A stretch of DNA of 61,253 nt, the filler included. It is 5 parts of 5 records of this genome, joined end to end, with 100 filler letters (N's around TTAATTAATTAA, not from the genome) between each part and the next. Parts side by side here need not be neighbours in the genome. Positions count along the whole stretch, not along the records: positions 41,522 to 52,572 come from DRR723986_6717; positions 52,673 to 61,253 come from DRR723986_6721; 3 more parts are not named here. One strand, given 5' to 3'. The notes beneath the pieces are model-generated. The model saw nothing but the letters and a program-made list of their open reading frames with translations, had not been told where the DNA came from and ran no database searches. Made by a program: the position numbers and the translations under genes. Of this stretch, positions 47,979 through 58,936 are shown piece after piece; within the stretch, counting starts at the first letter, position 1, and each line of letters begins with the position of its first letter.

Positions 47979-50423
47979 ATGCCTGTTCCCCCGTCCAAAG
48001 CCCGCGTTGTCATTATCGGTGGCGGCGTCATCGGTTGTTCTGTCGCTTACCACCTGACCAAGCTGGGATGGAAAGACGTTGTGTTGCTGGAACGCAAACA
48101 GCTGACCTCTGGCACCACCTGGCATGCGGCGGGTCTGATCGCGCAATTGCGGGCCACGGCCAATATGACCAAACTGGCCAAATATTCGCAGGAACTTTAC
48201 GGCAACCTCGAAACAGAAACGGGCGTTGCAACCGGGTTCAAGCGATGCGGGTCGATCACCGTTGCCCTGACCGATGAGCGCCGCGAAGAGATCTACCGCC
48301 AGGCGGCGATGGCCCGTGCCTTTGGCGTGGATGTTGAGGAAATCAGCCCCAATGAGGTGCTTGAGAAATACCAACATCTGAACATCGAAGGGGTCACAGG
48401 CGCGGTCTATCTGGACAAGGACGGGCAAGGCGATCCGGCCAATATCGCGCTTGCCATGGCCAAGGGAGCCCGACAGGGCGGCGCACAGGTGCTGGAACGC
48501 ACCCGTGCCACCGGCGTCACCCGCGCGGGTCGGCGGATCACCGGCGTGGATTGGGCGCAGGGCGAGGAAACCGGCCACATCGCCTGCGACTTGGTGGTGA
48601 ACTGCGGCGGCATGTGGGGTCATGAGGTTGGCCGGATGCTGGGCGTGAATGTACCGCTTCAGGCTTGCGAGCATTTCTATATCGTCACCGAAGCCATTGA
48701 GGGGTTGAAGCAACTGCCGGTGCTGCGGGTGCCGGACGAATGTGCATATTATAAAGAAGACGCAGGCAAGATCCTGCTTGGTGCTTTTGAGCCGAACGCC
48801 AAACCATGGGCGCTGGACGGCATCCCCGCTGATTTTGAATTTGACCAGCTGCCAGAGGATTTTGACCACTTCGAGCCGATCCTCGAACATGCAGTGAACC
48901 GGATGCCGATGCTGGCCGAGGCGGGCATTCATACGTTCTTTAACGGTCCCGAAAGCTTTACCCCCGATGACGCCTATCACCTTGGCCTCGCGCCAGAGAT
49001 GGACAATGTCTGGGTCGCGGCGGGCTTTAACTCCATTGGTATCCAATCGGCTGGCGGCGCTGGCATGGCGCTGGCGCAATGGATGCACGACGGCGAGAAA
49101 CCCTTTGATCTGGGCGATGTGGACATCAGCCGCATGCAGCCCTTCCAGGGCAACAAAACCTATCTGGCCGAACGGTCCAAGGAAACGTTGGGCCTGCTCT
49201 ATGCTGATCACTACCCCTATAGGCAAAAGGCCACTGCACGTGGTGTGCGCCGCACGCCCTTCCATCATCATCTCAAGGACCGCGGCGCGGTGATGGGAGA
49301 GTTGGCGGGCTGGGAACGCGCCAACTGGTTTGCGGATCCGGGGCAGACACCGGAATATGAATACAGCTGGAAGCGGCAGAACTTCTTTGACAATGTCCGC
49401 GCCGAACATATGGCCGTGCGCGAGAACGTCGGCATGTATGACATGTCATCCTTTGGTAAAATCCGGGTCGAGGGCCGCGATGCCTGCGCCTTTATGAACC
49501 ATATCGGGGGCGGGCAATACGATGTGCCTGTGGGCAAAATTGTCTACACCCAGTTCTTGAACCAACGCGGCGGGATCGAGGCGGATGTCACCGTCACGCG
49601 CCTGTCCGAAACCGCCTATCTGGTGGTCACACCTGCGGCCACCCGTCTGGCTGATGAAACATGGATGCGCCGCCATCAGGGCGCATTCAACGTGGTCATC
49701 ACGGATGTCACGGCGGGTGAAGGAGTGTTGGCCGTGATGGGGCCAAATGCCCGCAAACTGTTGCAAGCTGTCTCGCCCAATGATTTCAGCAATGCCGCCA
49801 ATCCTTTTGGCACCGCGCAAGAGATCGAGATCGGCATGGGCCTCGCCCGTGTGCACCGCGTGACCTATGTGGGTGAACTGGGCTGGGAGATCTACGTCAG
49901 TGCCGATCAATCGGCACATGTGTTTGAGGTGCTGGCAGAGGCTGGCGCGGACATGGATCTGAAACTCTGCGGCATGCATATGATGGACAGCTGCCGCATC
50001 GAAAAGGGCTTCCGCCACTTTGGCCATGACATCACCGCAGAAGATCACGTGCTGGAGGCGGGCCTCGGCTTTGCCGTAAAAACCGACAAGCCTGATTTTA
50101 TCGGCCGCGATGCGGTCCTGCGCAAAAAGGAAACCGGGCTGGAGGCGCGAATGGTGCAATTCCGCCTGACCGACCCTGAACCGCTGCTTTATCACAATGA
50201 ACCCGTGTTGCGAGACGGTGAAATTGTCGGTTACTTGTCGTCGGGGTCGTATGGGCATGCGCTGGGCGGGGCGATGGGCCTTGGTTATGTGCCATGCAAA
50301 GGCGAAAGCGCGGCCGATGTCCTGGCTTCTTCCTACGAGATCGATGTGGCAGGTACGCGCGTCAAGGCAGATGCCTCGCTGAAACCGATGTATGATCCGG
50401 CCTCGGAGCGGGTCAAAGTTTAG
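47979..50423 (+). CDS. GcvT-family FAD/folate amine dehydrogenase (sarcosine dehydrogenase-like)
   Basis: GGGVIG, GTTWHAAG, NGPESFTPD, GWER, TYVGELGWE, RIEKG. Confidence 0.9.
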   Translation: MPVPPSKARVVIIGGGVIGCSVAYHLTKLGWKDVVLLERKQLTSGTTWHAAGLIAQLRATANMTKLAKYSQELYGNLETETGVATGFKRCGSITVALTDERREEIYRQAAMARAFGVDVEEISPNEVLEKYQHLNIEGVTGAVYLDKDGQGDPANIALAMAKGARQGGAQVLERTRATGVTRAGRRITGVDWAQGEETGHIACDLVVNCGGMWGHEVGRMLGVNVPLQACEHFYIVTEAIEGLKQLPVLRVPDECAYYKEDAGKILLGAFEPNAKPWALDGIPADFEFDQLPEDFDHFEPILEHAVNRMPMLAEAGIHTFFNGPESFTPDDAYHLGLAPEMDNVWVAAGFNSIGIQSAGGAGMALAQWMHDGEKPFDLGDVDISRMQPFQGNKTYLAERSKETLGLLYADHYPYRQKATARGVRRTPFHHHLKDRGAVMGELAGWERANWFADPGQTPEYEYSWKRQNFFDNVRAEHMAVRENVGMYDMSSFGKIRVEGRDACAFMNHIGGGQYDVPVGKIVYTQFLNQRGGIEADVTVTRLSETAYLVVTPAATRLADETWMRRHQGAFNVVITDVTAGEGVLAVMGPNARKLLQAVSPNDFSNAANPFGTAQEIEIGMGLARVHRVTYVGELGWEIYVSADQSAHVFEVLAEAGADMDLKLCGMHMMDSCRIEKGFRHFGHDITAEDHVLEAGLGFAVKTDKPDFIGRDAVLRKKETGLEARMVQFRLTDPEPLLYHNEPVLRDGEIVGYLSSGSYGHALGGAMGLGYVPCKGESAADVLASSYEIDVAGTRVKADASLKPMYDPASERVKV

Positions 50424-50474
50424 GGCTGGTCGCCCTGCAAAATCGCGGTTACGCATGACGCCGGAGGACCCGCC

Positions 50475-51395
50475 ATGCGTAACCCAGACAGCCTGCCACC
50501 CACCAAAAACGAAGACACACCGCAAGGTCTGGCCTTTGCTGTGGGCGCCTATGTGTTTTGGGGGTTTCTGCCGCTTTATATGAAACTGCTCTCGCATATT
50601 CCGGCGGCCGAAGTGGTTGCGCATCGGGTTATCTGGTCACTGCCGATAGCTGCGGTGGTGTTGATCATCTTGCGCCGCACCGACGCCCTGCGCGAGGCGC
50701 TGCGCAATCCGCGTATGTTGGCCATGGGCTGTGTGACGGCGGCGCTGATCTCGGTCAACTGGGGGATCTACGTCTGGGCGATCACCTCAGGCAATGCGCT
50801 TGAGGCGGCGCTGGGCTATTACATCAACCCTTTGTTCAGCATCTTCCTCGCGGCGGTCCTGCTGGGCGAACGCCTGACCAAGGCACAGATGCTGGCGATT
50901 GCGCTGGCTGCGGGCGCGGTGCTGGTCCTGACGCTCGATGCAGGGCGGATGCCGTGGGTTGCACTGGCGCTGACCGTATCCTGGGGGTTCTATGCGCTGG
51001 CCAAAAAAAGCCTGCCGATTGGCCCCAATCAGGGGTTCCTGCTTGAGGTTCTGATCCTGATCATCCCGGCGATTGGCTATCTTGGATACCTTACCGCGAC
51101 CGGCCAATCGCATTTCAGCCTCAGCTTGACCCGCGACACTTGGCTGTTGATCGGCTGCGGCGCGGTGACGGCTGTGCCGTTGATGATCTATGCAAACGGT
51201 GCCAAATTGCTGCGCCTCTCGACGATTGGCGTTTTGCAGTACATCGCACCAACGATGATCTTCCTTGTGGCGGTTCTGGTGTTTGACGAACCGTTCGGAA
51301 AGGCAAGGATGATCGCCTTTCCGATGATTTGGACCGCGTTGATTGTCTATTCCGGGTCGATGTTCCTGAGTATGCGGAAAACCTCAAAAACTTAA
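50475..51395 (+). CDS. rarD: EamA-family permease RarD
   Basis: AHRVIWS, LGYYINPL, LQYIAPT. Confidence 0.9.
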   Translation: MRNPDSLPPTKNEDTPQGLAFAVGAYVFWGFLPLYMKLLSHIPAAEVVAHRVIWSLPIAAVVLIILRRTDALREALRNPRMLAMGCVTAALISVNWGIYVWAITSGNALEAALGYYINPLFSIFLAAVLLGERLTKAQMLAIALAAGAVLVLTLDAGRMPWVALALTVSWGFYALAKKSLPIGPNQGFLLEVLILIIPAIGYLGYLTATGQSHFSLSLTRDTWLLIGCGAVTAVPLMIYANGAKLLRLSTIGVLQYIAPTMIFLVAVLVFDEPFGKARMIAFPMIWTALIVYSGSMFLSMRKTSKT

Positions 51396-51404
51396 GCGCA
51401 TGCC

Positions 51405-51815
51405 CTAAGACAGCGCCTCGCGCAGCTTGAGAAATCGCGGATCGGTCGCAACGCGCTTGTTCATCGCCTCGCGCAGCGCACCGACGGTTTTGTGGGGGCG
51501 CATCACCACCTCCAACTGCTGCATCTCACCGGCCTCGTTCAAGGTCATCAGATCCAGCCCGACACAATCAAGCCCGTCAATCTTGCACTCAAATTCAAGG
51601 ATCCAATAATCGTCTTCACCCAACACCCGACGATAGCGGAAGTCCTCAAACACTTCGCCAACATGACCCAACACCGCCGAGACCGCCTCGCGGCCCCGCC
51701 ATGTCGCCCAATAGGTTGGCGGCATGAAACGGATATCGTCGGCCATCAATTCGGACACGCCCTCATGATTGCCCTCAAGCACCATATCGTGAAATTTCTG
51801 CACTGTGGGATGCAT
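51405..51815 (-). CDS. SnoaL/NTF2-like protein
   Basis: ADDIRF.PP, GREAV, LEF, VMRP; GGAG RBS before ATG 51815. Confidence 0.8.
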   Translation of the reverse strand: MHPTVQKFHDMVLEGNHEGVSELMADDIRFMPPTYWATWRGREAVSAVLGHVGEVFEDFRYRRVLGEDDYWILEFECKIDGLDCVGLDLMTLNEAGEMQQLEVVMRPHKTVGALREAMNKRVATDPRFLKLREALS

Positions 51816-51850
51816 CTCAATTCTCCTCTGTTTGGCAAAGACTGGCATGA

Positions 51851-51873
51851 GGTGGGTTGAAAACCCACCCTAC
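51851..51873 (-). repeat. GTAG-family REP element
   Basis: Minus strand GTAG-GGTGGGTT-ttc-AACCCACC. Confidence 0.75.
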
Positions 51874-51892
51874 ATCTGTGATCGAACGGCCT

Positions 51893-52540
51893 ATGGACGT
51901 TACGTATTCCCCGCCCCAGGACCCGCTGGTGATTCTGCATGAAGATGCAGAGGTTCTATTGGTCGACAAACCCGCCGGTTTGCTAAGCGTGCCGGGAAAG
52001 GGCGAACATCTGGCCGATTGCCTGCTCACGCGGGTGCAGGCCGCCTTTCCCGATGCCTTGCTGGTGCACCGTCTGGACCGCGACACATCCGGCGTGATGA
52101 TATTTGCCCTGACGCCCTATGCCCAACGCCACCTTGGGTTGCAGTTTGAAAAACGCATGACCCGCAAAACCTACGTTGCACGGGTTTGGGGTGTACCTGC
52201 GGAAAAGTCCGGAACGATTGATTTGCCCCTGATCGTTGATTGGCCAAACCGCCCCTTGCAGAAGGTGTGCCATGACACGGGCAAACCGGCGCAAACAGAC
52301 TGGCGCGTGATCAAAAACGAGGGCACGACAGCCCGCGTGCGCCTTATGCCGAAAACCGGCCGCAGCCATCAGCTGCGCGTGCATATGCTGGCGCTGGGCC
52401 ATCCGATATTGGGCGACCCGTTCTATGCCAGCGGCCCTGCCTTGGATTTTCCGCGCCTGATGCTGCATTCCGAAGAACTGCGATTCAACCATCCACAGGG
52501 CGGCCGATCCGTGAAAATCCGGGCGAAGGCACCGTTCTGA
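51893..52540 (+). CDS. rluA: RluA-family pseudouridine synthase
   Basis: DKPAGLLS, HRLDRDTSG, TGRSHQLRVH, GDPFY. Confidence 0.9.
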   Translation: MDVTYSPPQDPLVILHEDAEVLLVDKPAGLLSVPGKGEHLADCLLTRVQAAFPDALLVHRLDRDTSGVMIFALTPYAQRHLGLQFEKRMTRKTYVARVWGVPAEKSGTIDLPLIVDWPNRPLQKVCHDTGKPAQTDWRVIKNEGTTARVRLMPKTGRSHQLRVHMLALGHPILGDPFYASGPALDFPRLMLHSEELRFNHPQGGRSVKIRAKAPF

Positions 52541-52572
52541 GAGGGCGGGATTGAGTTTTTCTTGCCAAATGA

Positions 52573-52672
52573 NNNNNNNNNNNNNNNNNNNNNNNNNNNN
52601 NNNNNNNNNNNNNNNNTTAATTAATTAANNNNNNNNNNNNNNNNNNNNNNNNNNNNNNNNNNNNNNNNNNNN
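52573..52672. other. Artificial contig spacer
   Basis: N44-TTAATTAATTAA-N44. Confidence 0.98.
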
Positions 52673-53827
52673 CCGGGTCTGGGACATCTGGAAGGTTTCC
52701 ATGACCACACCCTGGCCGGCAAAGGCCGCGTCACCATGGATGACGATCGGTACCACGGCTGAGCCCACGGTATCACCCCTGCGGTCCTGGCGCGCCCGCA
52801 CCGATCCCTCAACCACCGGCGAGACGATCTCCAGGTGAGACGGGTTAAACGCCAGGGCAAGGTGCAATTCCCCACCCGGGGTCATGATGTTCGAGGAAAA
52901 GCCCTGGTGATACTTCACATCACCTGAGCTCTGGTAAGTCGCCCGGCCCTCGAATTCAGCGAACAGCTCGGTGGGGTTCTTGCCGAAAATATTGACCAGT
53001 ACATTCAGCCGGCCCCGGTGCGCCATGCCAATAACAACTTCACGCGCACCGTAGGAGCCGGTGCGCTGAACCATCTCCGCGAGCATCGGAATCAGGCTTT
53101 CGCCGCCTTCCAGGCCGAAACGCTTGGTCCCCGGGTATTTGGAGCCAAGGGACTTCTCCAGGCCTTCGGCCTTGATCAAGCGCCGCAGCAGCTTGGTCCG
53201 CACCTCGTCGCCATAGTCCGGAGCAGAGCGCACGGACTCCATCCGGGTCATGATCCAGTGGCGCTGGCCGGTATCCACGATATGCATGAATTCCGCACCG
53301 ATGGTGTGGCAATAGGTACGCTCCAGGGCATCGACGATCTCACCGAGCGAGGCATCGGCCTTGCCGATATGCAGGCTGCCTACCTGGAATACCGTATCGT
53401 GATCCGCCGCGGACAGCTCATGGAAGGCCAGCTCCAGATCAGGCACCTGCTCCCTCTCCGCCAGGCCCAGCGGGTCGAGCTTCGCTTTCTGGTGACCGCG
53501 CTGGCGGTAGGCGGAGATAAGCTGAACCACCCTGACCTGCTTGCGCTCGTGCTCCGTCGCCTTGGAGTCGTGGGCGACCGTGGCCTCGGTGCGCACCCGC
53601 ATCTTGCTGATCTGGGCAAAGCGGTCACGGATAGTGGAGTGAGGAACGTCCTGGATCTGGGTGATTTCAGTCTCTACCAGCGGCAGCTTGTCGAAGTAAT
53701 CACGCCACTGCTCCGGCACCCCGTTGGGGTCGAGAAGATAAGTCTCGTACAGGTCTTCCACGTACGTGGCATTGCCACCCGCAATATGGGAACTCTTCCA
53801 CAACAGTTCCATCGAGCTTTCTTGCAT
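52673..53827 (-). CDS. sucA: 2-oxoglutarate dehydrogenase E1, truncated
   Basis: KRFGLEGGE, GMAHRGRLN, GDVKYH, NPSHLE, HGDAAFAGQG. Confidence 0.96.
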
Positions 53828-53978
53828 GATGCCCTTCCGGGTTGAAGGCGCCGGATTTCCGGCGGATTGTTCCTCAGTCTAGCAGTGCAGGTCCGGCTCT
53901 GCCGGGGGCCTGAAACTGCCCTCCCCAACACGCAGCAAGGCCGCTACTTGCTAGCGGCCATGGCGTTTACTTCTTATA

Positions 53979-53991
53979 AATCAACTGTTTA
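53979..53991 (+). promoter_or_regulatory. IHF consensus site in the sdhB-sucA intergenic region
   Basis: AATCAA-CTGT-TTA matches WATCAANNNNTTR. Confidence 0.5.
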
Positions 53992-54007
53992 CGCAGCAAA
54001 TCTAATG

Positions 54008-54715
54008 TTACGTAGCGCGAGACAACAGCATATTCCGGATATGCCCGATCGCCTTGGTCGGATTCAAGCCCTTGGGGCATACATTGACACAGTTCTGGAT
54101 CCCATGGCAGCGGAACACACTGAAGGGGTCATCCAGCTTCGCCAGGCGGGCATCGGTAGCGGTATCGCGGCTATCAGCCAGGAAGCGGTAAGACTGCAAC
54201 AGGCCGGCGGGACCGATAAAGCGATCCGGGTTCCACCAGAAAGACGGGCAACTGGTGGAACAGCAGGCGCACAAGATGCACTCGTAAAGGCCGTCGAGTC
54301 GCGCCCTGTCCTCCGGCGTCTGCAGGCGCTCGATAGCGGGCGCAGGCGTGTCGTTCTGCAGGTAGGGCTGGACCTTTTCGTACTGGGCGTAGAACAGGCT
54401 CATATCCACCACCAGGTCGCGAATCACCGGCAATCCCGGCAGCGGCCTGATGACCAGTTTGTTGTCGCGTACGGTTTCGGACAGGGGCGTAATACAGGCC
54501 AGGCCGTTCTTACCGTTCATGTTAAGGCCATCGGAACCGCAGACGCCCTCGCGACAGGAGCGACGATAGCTTACCGAGGCGTCCTGCTGGGCCTTGATCT
54601 GCTCCAGCACGTCGAGAACCATCACATCCTTGCCACCGGTATCGACCTGGAAGTCCTCCATGCGGGGCTCCGCATCGGATTCCGGGTTGTAGCGATAGAT
54701 ACTCACTTGCAACAT
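54008..54715 (-). CDS. sdhB: Succinate dehydrogenase Fe-S subunit
   Basis: SCREGVCGSD, CILCACCSTSCP, CHGIQNCVNVCP. Confidence 0.97.
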   Translation of the reverse strand: MLQVSIYRYNPESDAEPRMEDFQVDTGGKDVMVLDVLEQIKAQQDASVSYRRSCREGVCGSDGLNMNGKNGLACITPLSETVRDNKLVIRPLPGLPVIRDLVVDMSLFYAQYEKVQPYLQNDTPAPAIERLQTPEDRARLDGLYECILCACCSTSCPSFWWNPDRFIGPAGLLQSYRFLADSRDTATDARLAKLDDPFSVFRCHGIQNCVNVCPKGLNPTKAIGHIRNMLLSRAT

Positions 54716-54728
54716 CAGGGCGTGCCTC

Positions 54729-56501
54729 TTAATAGGTTCGGATTTTGGGTTCAAAAGTCGGGACGGTGGCCGGGGTGAAGTTCACCGAGCGCTTGCCGAC
54801 CCGCTTGTCTGCCGGGTAGTACATGGAGTGGCACAGCCAGTTCTCGTCATCCCGCTCCTGGAAGTCCTCGCGGGCATGGGCACCGCGGCTTTCCCGGCGA
54901 CCTTCCGCAGTGACTGCCGTGGCTTCGGCGACTTCGAACAGGTTCTGCAGTTCCAGGGCCTCGATGCGCGCCGTGTTAAAGGCATCACTCTTGTCCTCCA
55001 GGCGGCAGGTCTCCACCCGCTCCCGCATATCCGCCAGCTTGCGAATACCTTCCTGCATGAACTCACCATTGCGGAATACGCCGAAATGGTTCTGCATGAT
55101 GTTCTGCAGTTCACGGCGCAGGTCGGCAACTTTCTCACCGCCAGCGCTGTTGTTGAGGCTGTTCAGGCGGCTGTTGGCACGCTCGAGGTCACTCTCGGAA
55201 GCGCCGCGCATTTCAATACCCTCGCGCAACGCCGTCTCGATGAACAGACCCGAGGCGCGACCGAACACGACCAGGTCGAGCAGGGAATTGCCGCCGAGGC
55301 GATTGGCGCCGTGCACCGACACGCAGGCCACTTCGCCACAGGCATAGAGCCCGGGAATGATGTGGTCGTTGCCCTGCTCGTCGACGGTCAGTGCCTGACC
55401 GTGCACATTGGTCGGGATACCACCCATCATGTAGTGGCAGGTTGGCACCACGGGGATCGGCTCTTTGACCGGATCCGCATGGGCGAAAGTGCGCGACAGT
55501 TCGCAAATACCGGGCAGGCGGCTCTCCAGCACTTCCTCGCCGAGGTGGTCGAGCTTGAGGAATACATGGTCGCCTTCGGGGCCACAGCCGCGGCCCTCGA
55601 GGATTTCCAGCACCATGGAGCGCGCGACCACGTCGCGACCTGCGAGGTCCTTGGCGTTGGGGGCATAACGCTCCATGAAGCGTTCGCCGTCCTTATTAAT
55701 CAAGTAACCGCCCTCACCACGGCAACCTTCGGTTACCAGGGTGCCGGCGCCGTAGATACCGGTGGGGTGGAACTGCCACATCTCGATATCCTGCACCGGG
55801 AAGCCCGCCCGCAGTGCCATGCCGATCCCGTCGCCGGTGTTGATATGGGCGTTGGTTGTCGAGGCATAGATGCGTCCGGCACCGCCGGTGGCGAATACCG
55901 TGGCCTTCGATTTGACGTAAACCGTCTCGCCGGTTTCGATGCAGATCGCCATGACCCCGACCACAGCGCCATCCTGGTTGGTCACCAGGTCGGTGGCGAA
56001 CCACTCGTTGAAAAACACCGTGTTGTTCTTGACGTTGTTCTGGTACAGGGTGTGCAGCAGTGCGTGACCGGTGCGGTCCGCCGCGGCACAGGTCCGGGCA
56101 GCCTGGCCGCCCTCACCGTAATTCTTGGACTGGCCACCGAAGGGACGCTGGTAGATCCGGCCTTCTTCAGTTCGGGAGAACGGCAGCCCCATGTGCTCAA
56201 GCTCGAAGATCGCTTCGGGACCGACACTGCACATGTACTCGATGGCGTCCTGGTCACCGATGTAATCCGAGCCCTTGACCGTGTCATACATATGCCAGCG
56301 CCAGTCATCGTTGGGATCCGCGCTGGCAATCGCGCAGGTGATACCGCCCTGGGCCGACACCGTGTGCGAGCGGGTCGGGAAAACCTTGCTGATAACCGCT
56401 GTCTTGTAGCCGGACTGGGCCAGCTGCAGCGCCGCGCGCATACCCGCCCCGCCGCCGCCGACGATCACGCCATCAAAGGAGATTGTTCGCATAGCCGTCA
56501 T
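54729..56501 (-). CDS. sdhA: Succinate dehydrogenase flavoprotein
   Basis: [33 protein letters not shown]. Confidence 0.97.
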   Translation of the reverse strand: MTAMRTISFDGVIVGGGGAGMRAALQLAQSGYKTAVISKVFPTRSHTVSAQGGITCAIASADPNDDWRWHMYDTVKGSDYIGDQDAIEYMCSVGPEAIFELEHMGLPFSRTEEGRIYQRPFGGQSKNYGEGGQAARTCAAADRTGHALLHTLYQNNVKNNTVFFNEWFATDLVTNQDGAVVGVMAICIETGETVYVKSKATVFATGGAGRIYASTTNAHINTGDGIGMALRAGFPVQDIEMWQFHPTGIYGAGTLVTEGCRGEGGYLINKDGERFMERYAPNAKDLAGRDVVARSMVLEILEGRGCGPEGDHVFLKLDHLGEEVLESRLPGICELSRTFAHADPVKEPIPVVPTCHYMMGGIPTNVHGQALTVDEQGNDHIIPGLYACGEVACVSVHGANRLGGNSLLDLVVFGRASGLFIETALREGIEMRGASESDLERANSRLNSLNNSAGGEKVADLRRELQNIMQNHFGVFRNGEFMQEGIRKLADMRERVETCRLEDKSDAFNTARIEALELQNLFEVAEATAVTAEGRRESRGAHAREDFQERDDENWLCHSMYYPADKRVGKRSVNFTPATVPTFEPKIRTY

Positions 56502-56504
56502 AAC

Positions 56505-56867
56505 TCAGTAACCCCAGAGGATCTGGACGCCCCAGACCACGTAAACAAAGATCGCCAGGCTGCAAACAAGCTGGCAGGTGAAACGCAGCACGTTGCCACG
56601 CTGGCCCATTAGGCGCTCGGTCAGGTAGTCGGTCAGTACCGCCCACATACCGATCCAGGCATGGGCGGCCAGGGACAGAATGGCCATCAGGCTGAAAATG
56701 CGCATCCAGGTCTGTTCAAACAGCTGCTTCCACTCGACGTAGTCAACGCCGCCGCCGATAGAAAAGCCCAGGGTAGCGAAGTACGCCACCAGAATTACCG
56801 CGGTGACCCGCTGGATGAGCCAGTCGGACAGGCCGGACCGGCCAAAACTCGTTACTGCAGTTACCAT
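56505..56867 (-). CDS. sdhD: Succinate dehydrogenase membrane anchor
   Basis: GRSGLSDWLIQR, HAWIGMW..LTDY. Confidence 0.95.
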   Translation of the reverse strand: MVTAVTSFGRSGLSDWLIQRVTAVILVAYFATLGFSIGGGVDYVEWKQLFEQTWMRIFSLMAILSLAAHAWIGMWAVLTDYLTERLMGQRGNVLRFTCQLVCSLAIFVYVVWGVQILWGY

Positions 56868-57235
56868 ATCCATATCCCCGCCAACAGAGTGAAAACGACG
56901 GCCAGGGCTATCACGATACGCGCACCGAGCACGCCGCCTTCCATCGTCTCACCGATACCGAAATCCATGACCAGGTGCTTGATACCGGCCAGGGAGTGAT
57001 AGATCAGGCCCGCCAGGATGGCCCAGATAATGAGTTTGGCCGGCACGGAGCCAAGGGTCTCCAGCAGGCCCGCGAAGCTTTCGGGGCTGCGCAGACTGGC
57101 ATCCAGCATCCAGATCAGGATAGCGGTACCGACAAACAGGAATACGCCAGTGGCGCGGTGGGTAATGGACGCCCATGCGGTTATGGGAAGCCGCATGGTA
57201 CCGATGTCCAGGTTCACAGGACGGTTGTCTTTCAC
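56861..57235 (-). CDS. sdhC: Succinate dehydrogenase cytochrome b556 subunit
   Basis: RPVNLD, SITHR, YHSLAGIKHL. Confidence 0.95.
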   Translation of the reverse strand: MKDNRPVNLDIGTMRLPITAWASITHRATGVFLFVGTAILIWMLDASLRSPESFAGLLETLGSVPAKLIIWAILAGLIYHSLAGIKHLVMDFGIGETMEGGVLGARIVIALAVVFTLLAGIWIW

Positions 57236-57559
57236 GATACGGGTACCATCGTTTGTAGCGCCCCGCGAGGGACGGTTAAAAGGCCGGCGGGTGCCGGAAT
57301 CCGGGTCCGGACGCAGGGCGCCGTGACCACAAAACGCGCGAAATTATAGGCACTTACGAACGCAAATACAAACCGGAGCAACGATTAGCAGGGCCCGATA
57401 GCCAGCCACGCCAAATTCGTCGAACTTCGGCGATCGTGTTTCCCGATTTTGGCGACACAAGCACCGGAAATGACCGCAGTTGGAGCCAGATCAATTGACA
57501 ATGGCCCGCGACTCCTTATAGTTGGGAGCCCCATTATTCTGTGACTCAGGACCCCCCGA

Positions 57560-58849
57560 ATGAGCGATAAAAAAGCAACTCTCAGCGTCGATGGCATTGA
57601 TGAGCCTATCGAGCTTCCGATCTACTCTGGCACGCTCGGGCCGGACGTGGTCGATGTCGGCGGTCTCACCGGCAAGGGGATGTTTACCTACGACCCGGGC
57701 TTTGTTTCCACCGCGTCCTGCGAATCACAGATTACCTTTATCGACGGCGGCAAGGGCGTTCTGCTACACCGTGGTTACCCCATTGACCAGCTGGCCGATC
57801 ACTCCGACTACCTGGAGACCTGCTACCTGCTGCTCTACGGTGAACTACCCGACGCCGAGCAAAAGCAACAGTTTGTCAGCACTGTGCACAATCACACCAT
57901 GGTGCATGAACAGATCCGCACCTTTTTTAACGGCTTCCGCCGGGATGCGCATCCCATGGCGATCATGTGTGGCGTCGTCGGCGCCCTCTCCGCCTTCTAC
58001 CATGACTCCCTGGACATTTCCGATGAACACCACCGGGAAGTGGCTGCATTCCGGCTGATTGCCAAGATGCCGACCCTGGCCGCCATGAGCTACAAGTTCT
58101 CCATCGGCCAGCCCTTCATGTACCCGGACAATAGTCTCAGCTACTCAGAGAACTTCCTGCACATGATGTTCGGTACGCCCTGCGCACCCAGCAACGTGAG
58201 CCCGGTAGTCGCCCGTGCCATGGATCGCATTTTCCTGCTGCACGCGGACCACGAACAGAATGCCTCGACCTCCACCGTACGCCTTGCAGGGTCCTCGGGC
58301 GCCAACCCCTTTGCCTGCATCGCCGCCGGCATTGCCGCCCTCTGGGGGCCCTCCCACGGCGGTGCCAACGAAGCCGTTCTGGAGATGCTGGAGGAAATCG
58401 GCGATGTCTCCCGGATCGACGAGTTCGTGGCCCGGGCCAAGGACAAGGACGACCCCTTCCGCCTGATGGGCTTCGGCCACCGCGTCTACAAGAACTTTGA
58501 CCCACGAGCAAAGGTCATGAAGGAGTCCGCGGACGAAGTACTCGCGGAACTGGGGCACGCGAATGACCCGCTCCTGGCCATTGCCAAGCGACTCGAGGAA
58601 ATCGCCCTGGAGGACGACTACTTCATCGAGAAGAAGCTGTACCCCAATGTGGACTTCTATTCCGGCATTATCCTGAAGGCGATCGGGATTCCCACCAGCA
58701 TGTTCACCGTGATTTTCGCCGTGGGACGGACTGTTGGCTGGATCGCGCACTGGAACGAGATGATCTCCGGCAGCTACCGGATCGGCCGCCCCCGGCAGTT
58801 GTACACCGGGCACCCGAAGCGGGACTATGTGCCGCTGGATAAGCGGTAA
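57560..58849 (+). CDS. gltA: Type II citrate synthase
   Basis: [27 protein letters not shown]. Confidence 0.97.
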   Translation: MSDKKATLSVDGIDEPIELPIYSGTLGPDVVDVGGLTGKGMFTYDPGFVSTASCESQITFIDGGKGVLLHRGYPIDQLADHSDYLETCYLLLYGELPDAEQKQQFVSTVHNHTMVHEQIRTFFNGFRRDAHPMAIMCGVVGALSAFYHDSLDISDEHHREVAAFRLIAKMPTLAAMSYKFSIGQPFMYPDNSLSYSENFLHMMFGTPCAPSNVSPVVARAMDRIFLLHADHEQNASTSTVRLAGSSGANPFACIAAGIAALWGPSHGGANEAVLEMLEEIGDVSRIDEFVARAKDKDDPFRLMGFGHRVYKNFDPRAKVMKESADEVLAELGHANDPLLAIAKRLEEIALEDDYFIEKKLYPNVDFYSGIILKAIGIPTSMFTVIFAVGRTVGWIAHWNEMISGSYRIGRPRQLYTGHPKRDYVPLDKR

Positions 58850-58866
58850 AAATCCCAAGAGCGCAG

Positions 58867-58891
58867 AAAGGGCCGCCTAGCGGCCTTTTTT
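58867..58891 (+). terminator. Intrinsic terminator after gltA
   Basis: GGCCGC-cta-GCGGCC followed by TTTTTT. Confidence 0.8.
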
Positions 58892-58936
58892 GTAGGTAAA
58901 ATACCCGCGTCGCGACCCAAACTGGAAACGTACCCC

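Noticed and set aside
47913-50624. 498-aa and 392-aa minus-strand ORFs
   Set aside because: Antisense shadows of the GcvT-family gene
52553-52572. Possible inverted second copy of the 42255 repeat at the contig end
   Set aside because: Only about 13/20 identity and truncated by the spacer
54828-56612. 594-aa + strand ORF (also 53867-54778 and 53018-53845)
   Set aside because: Antisense to sdhA, sdhB and sucA; a codon-bias artefact
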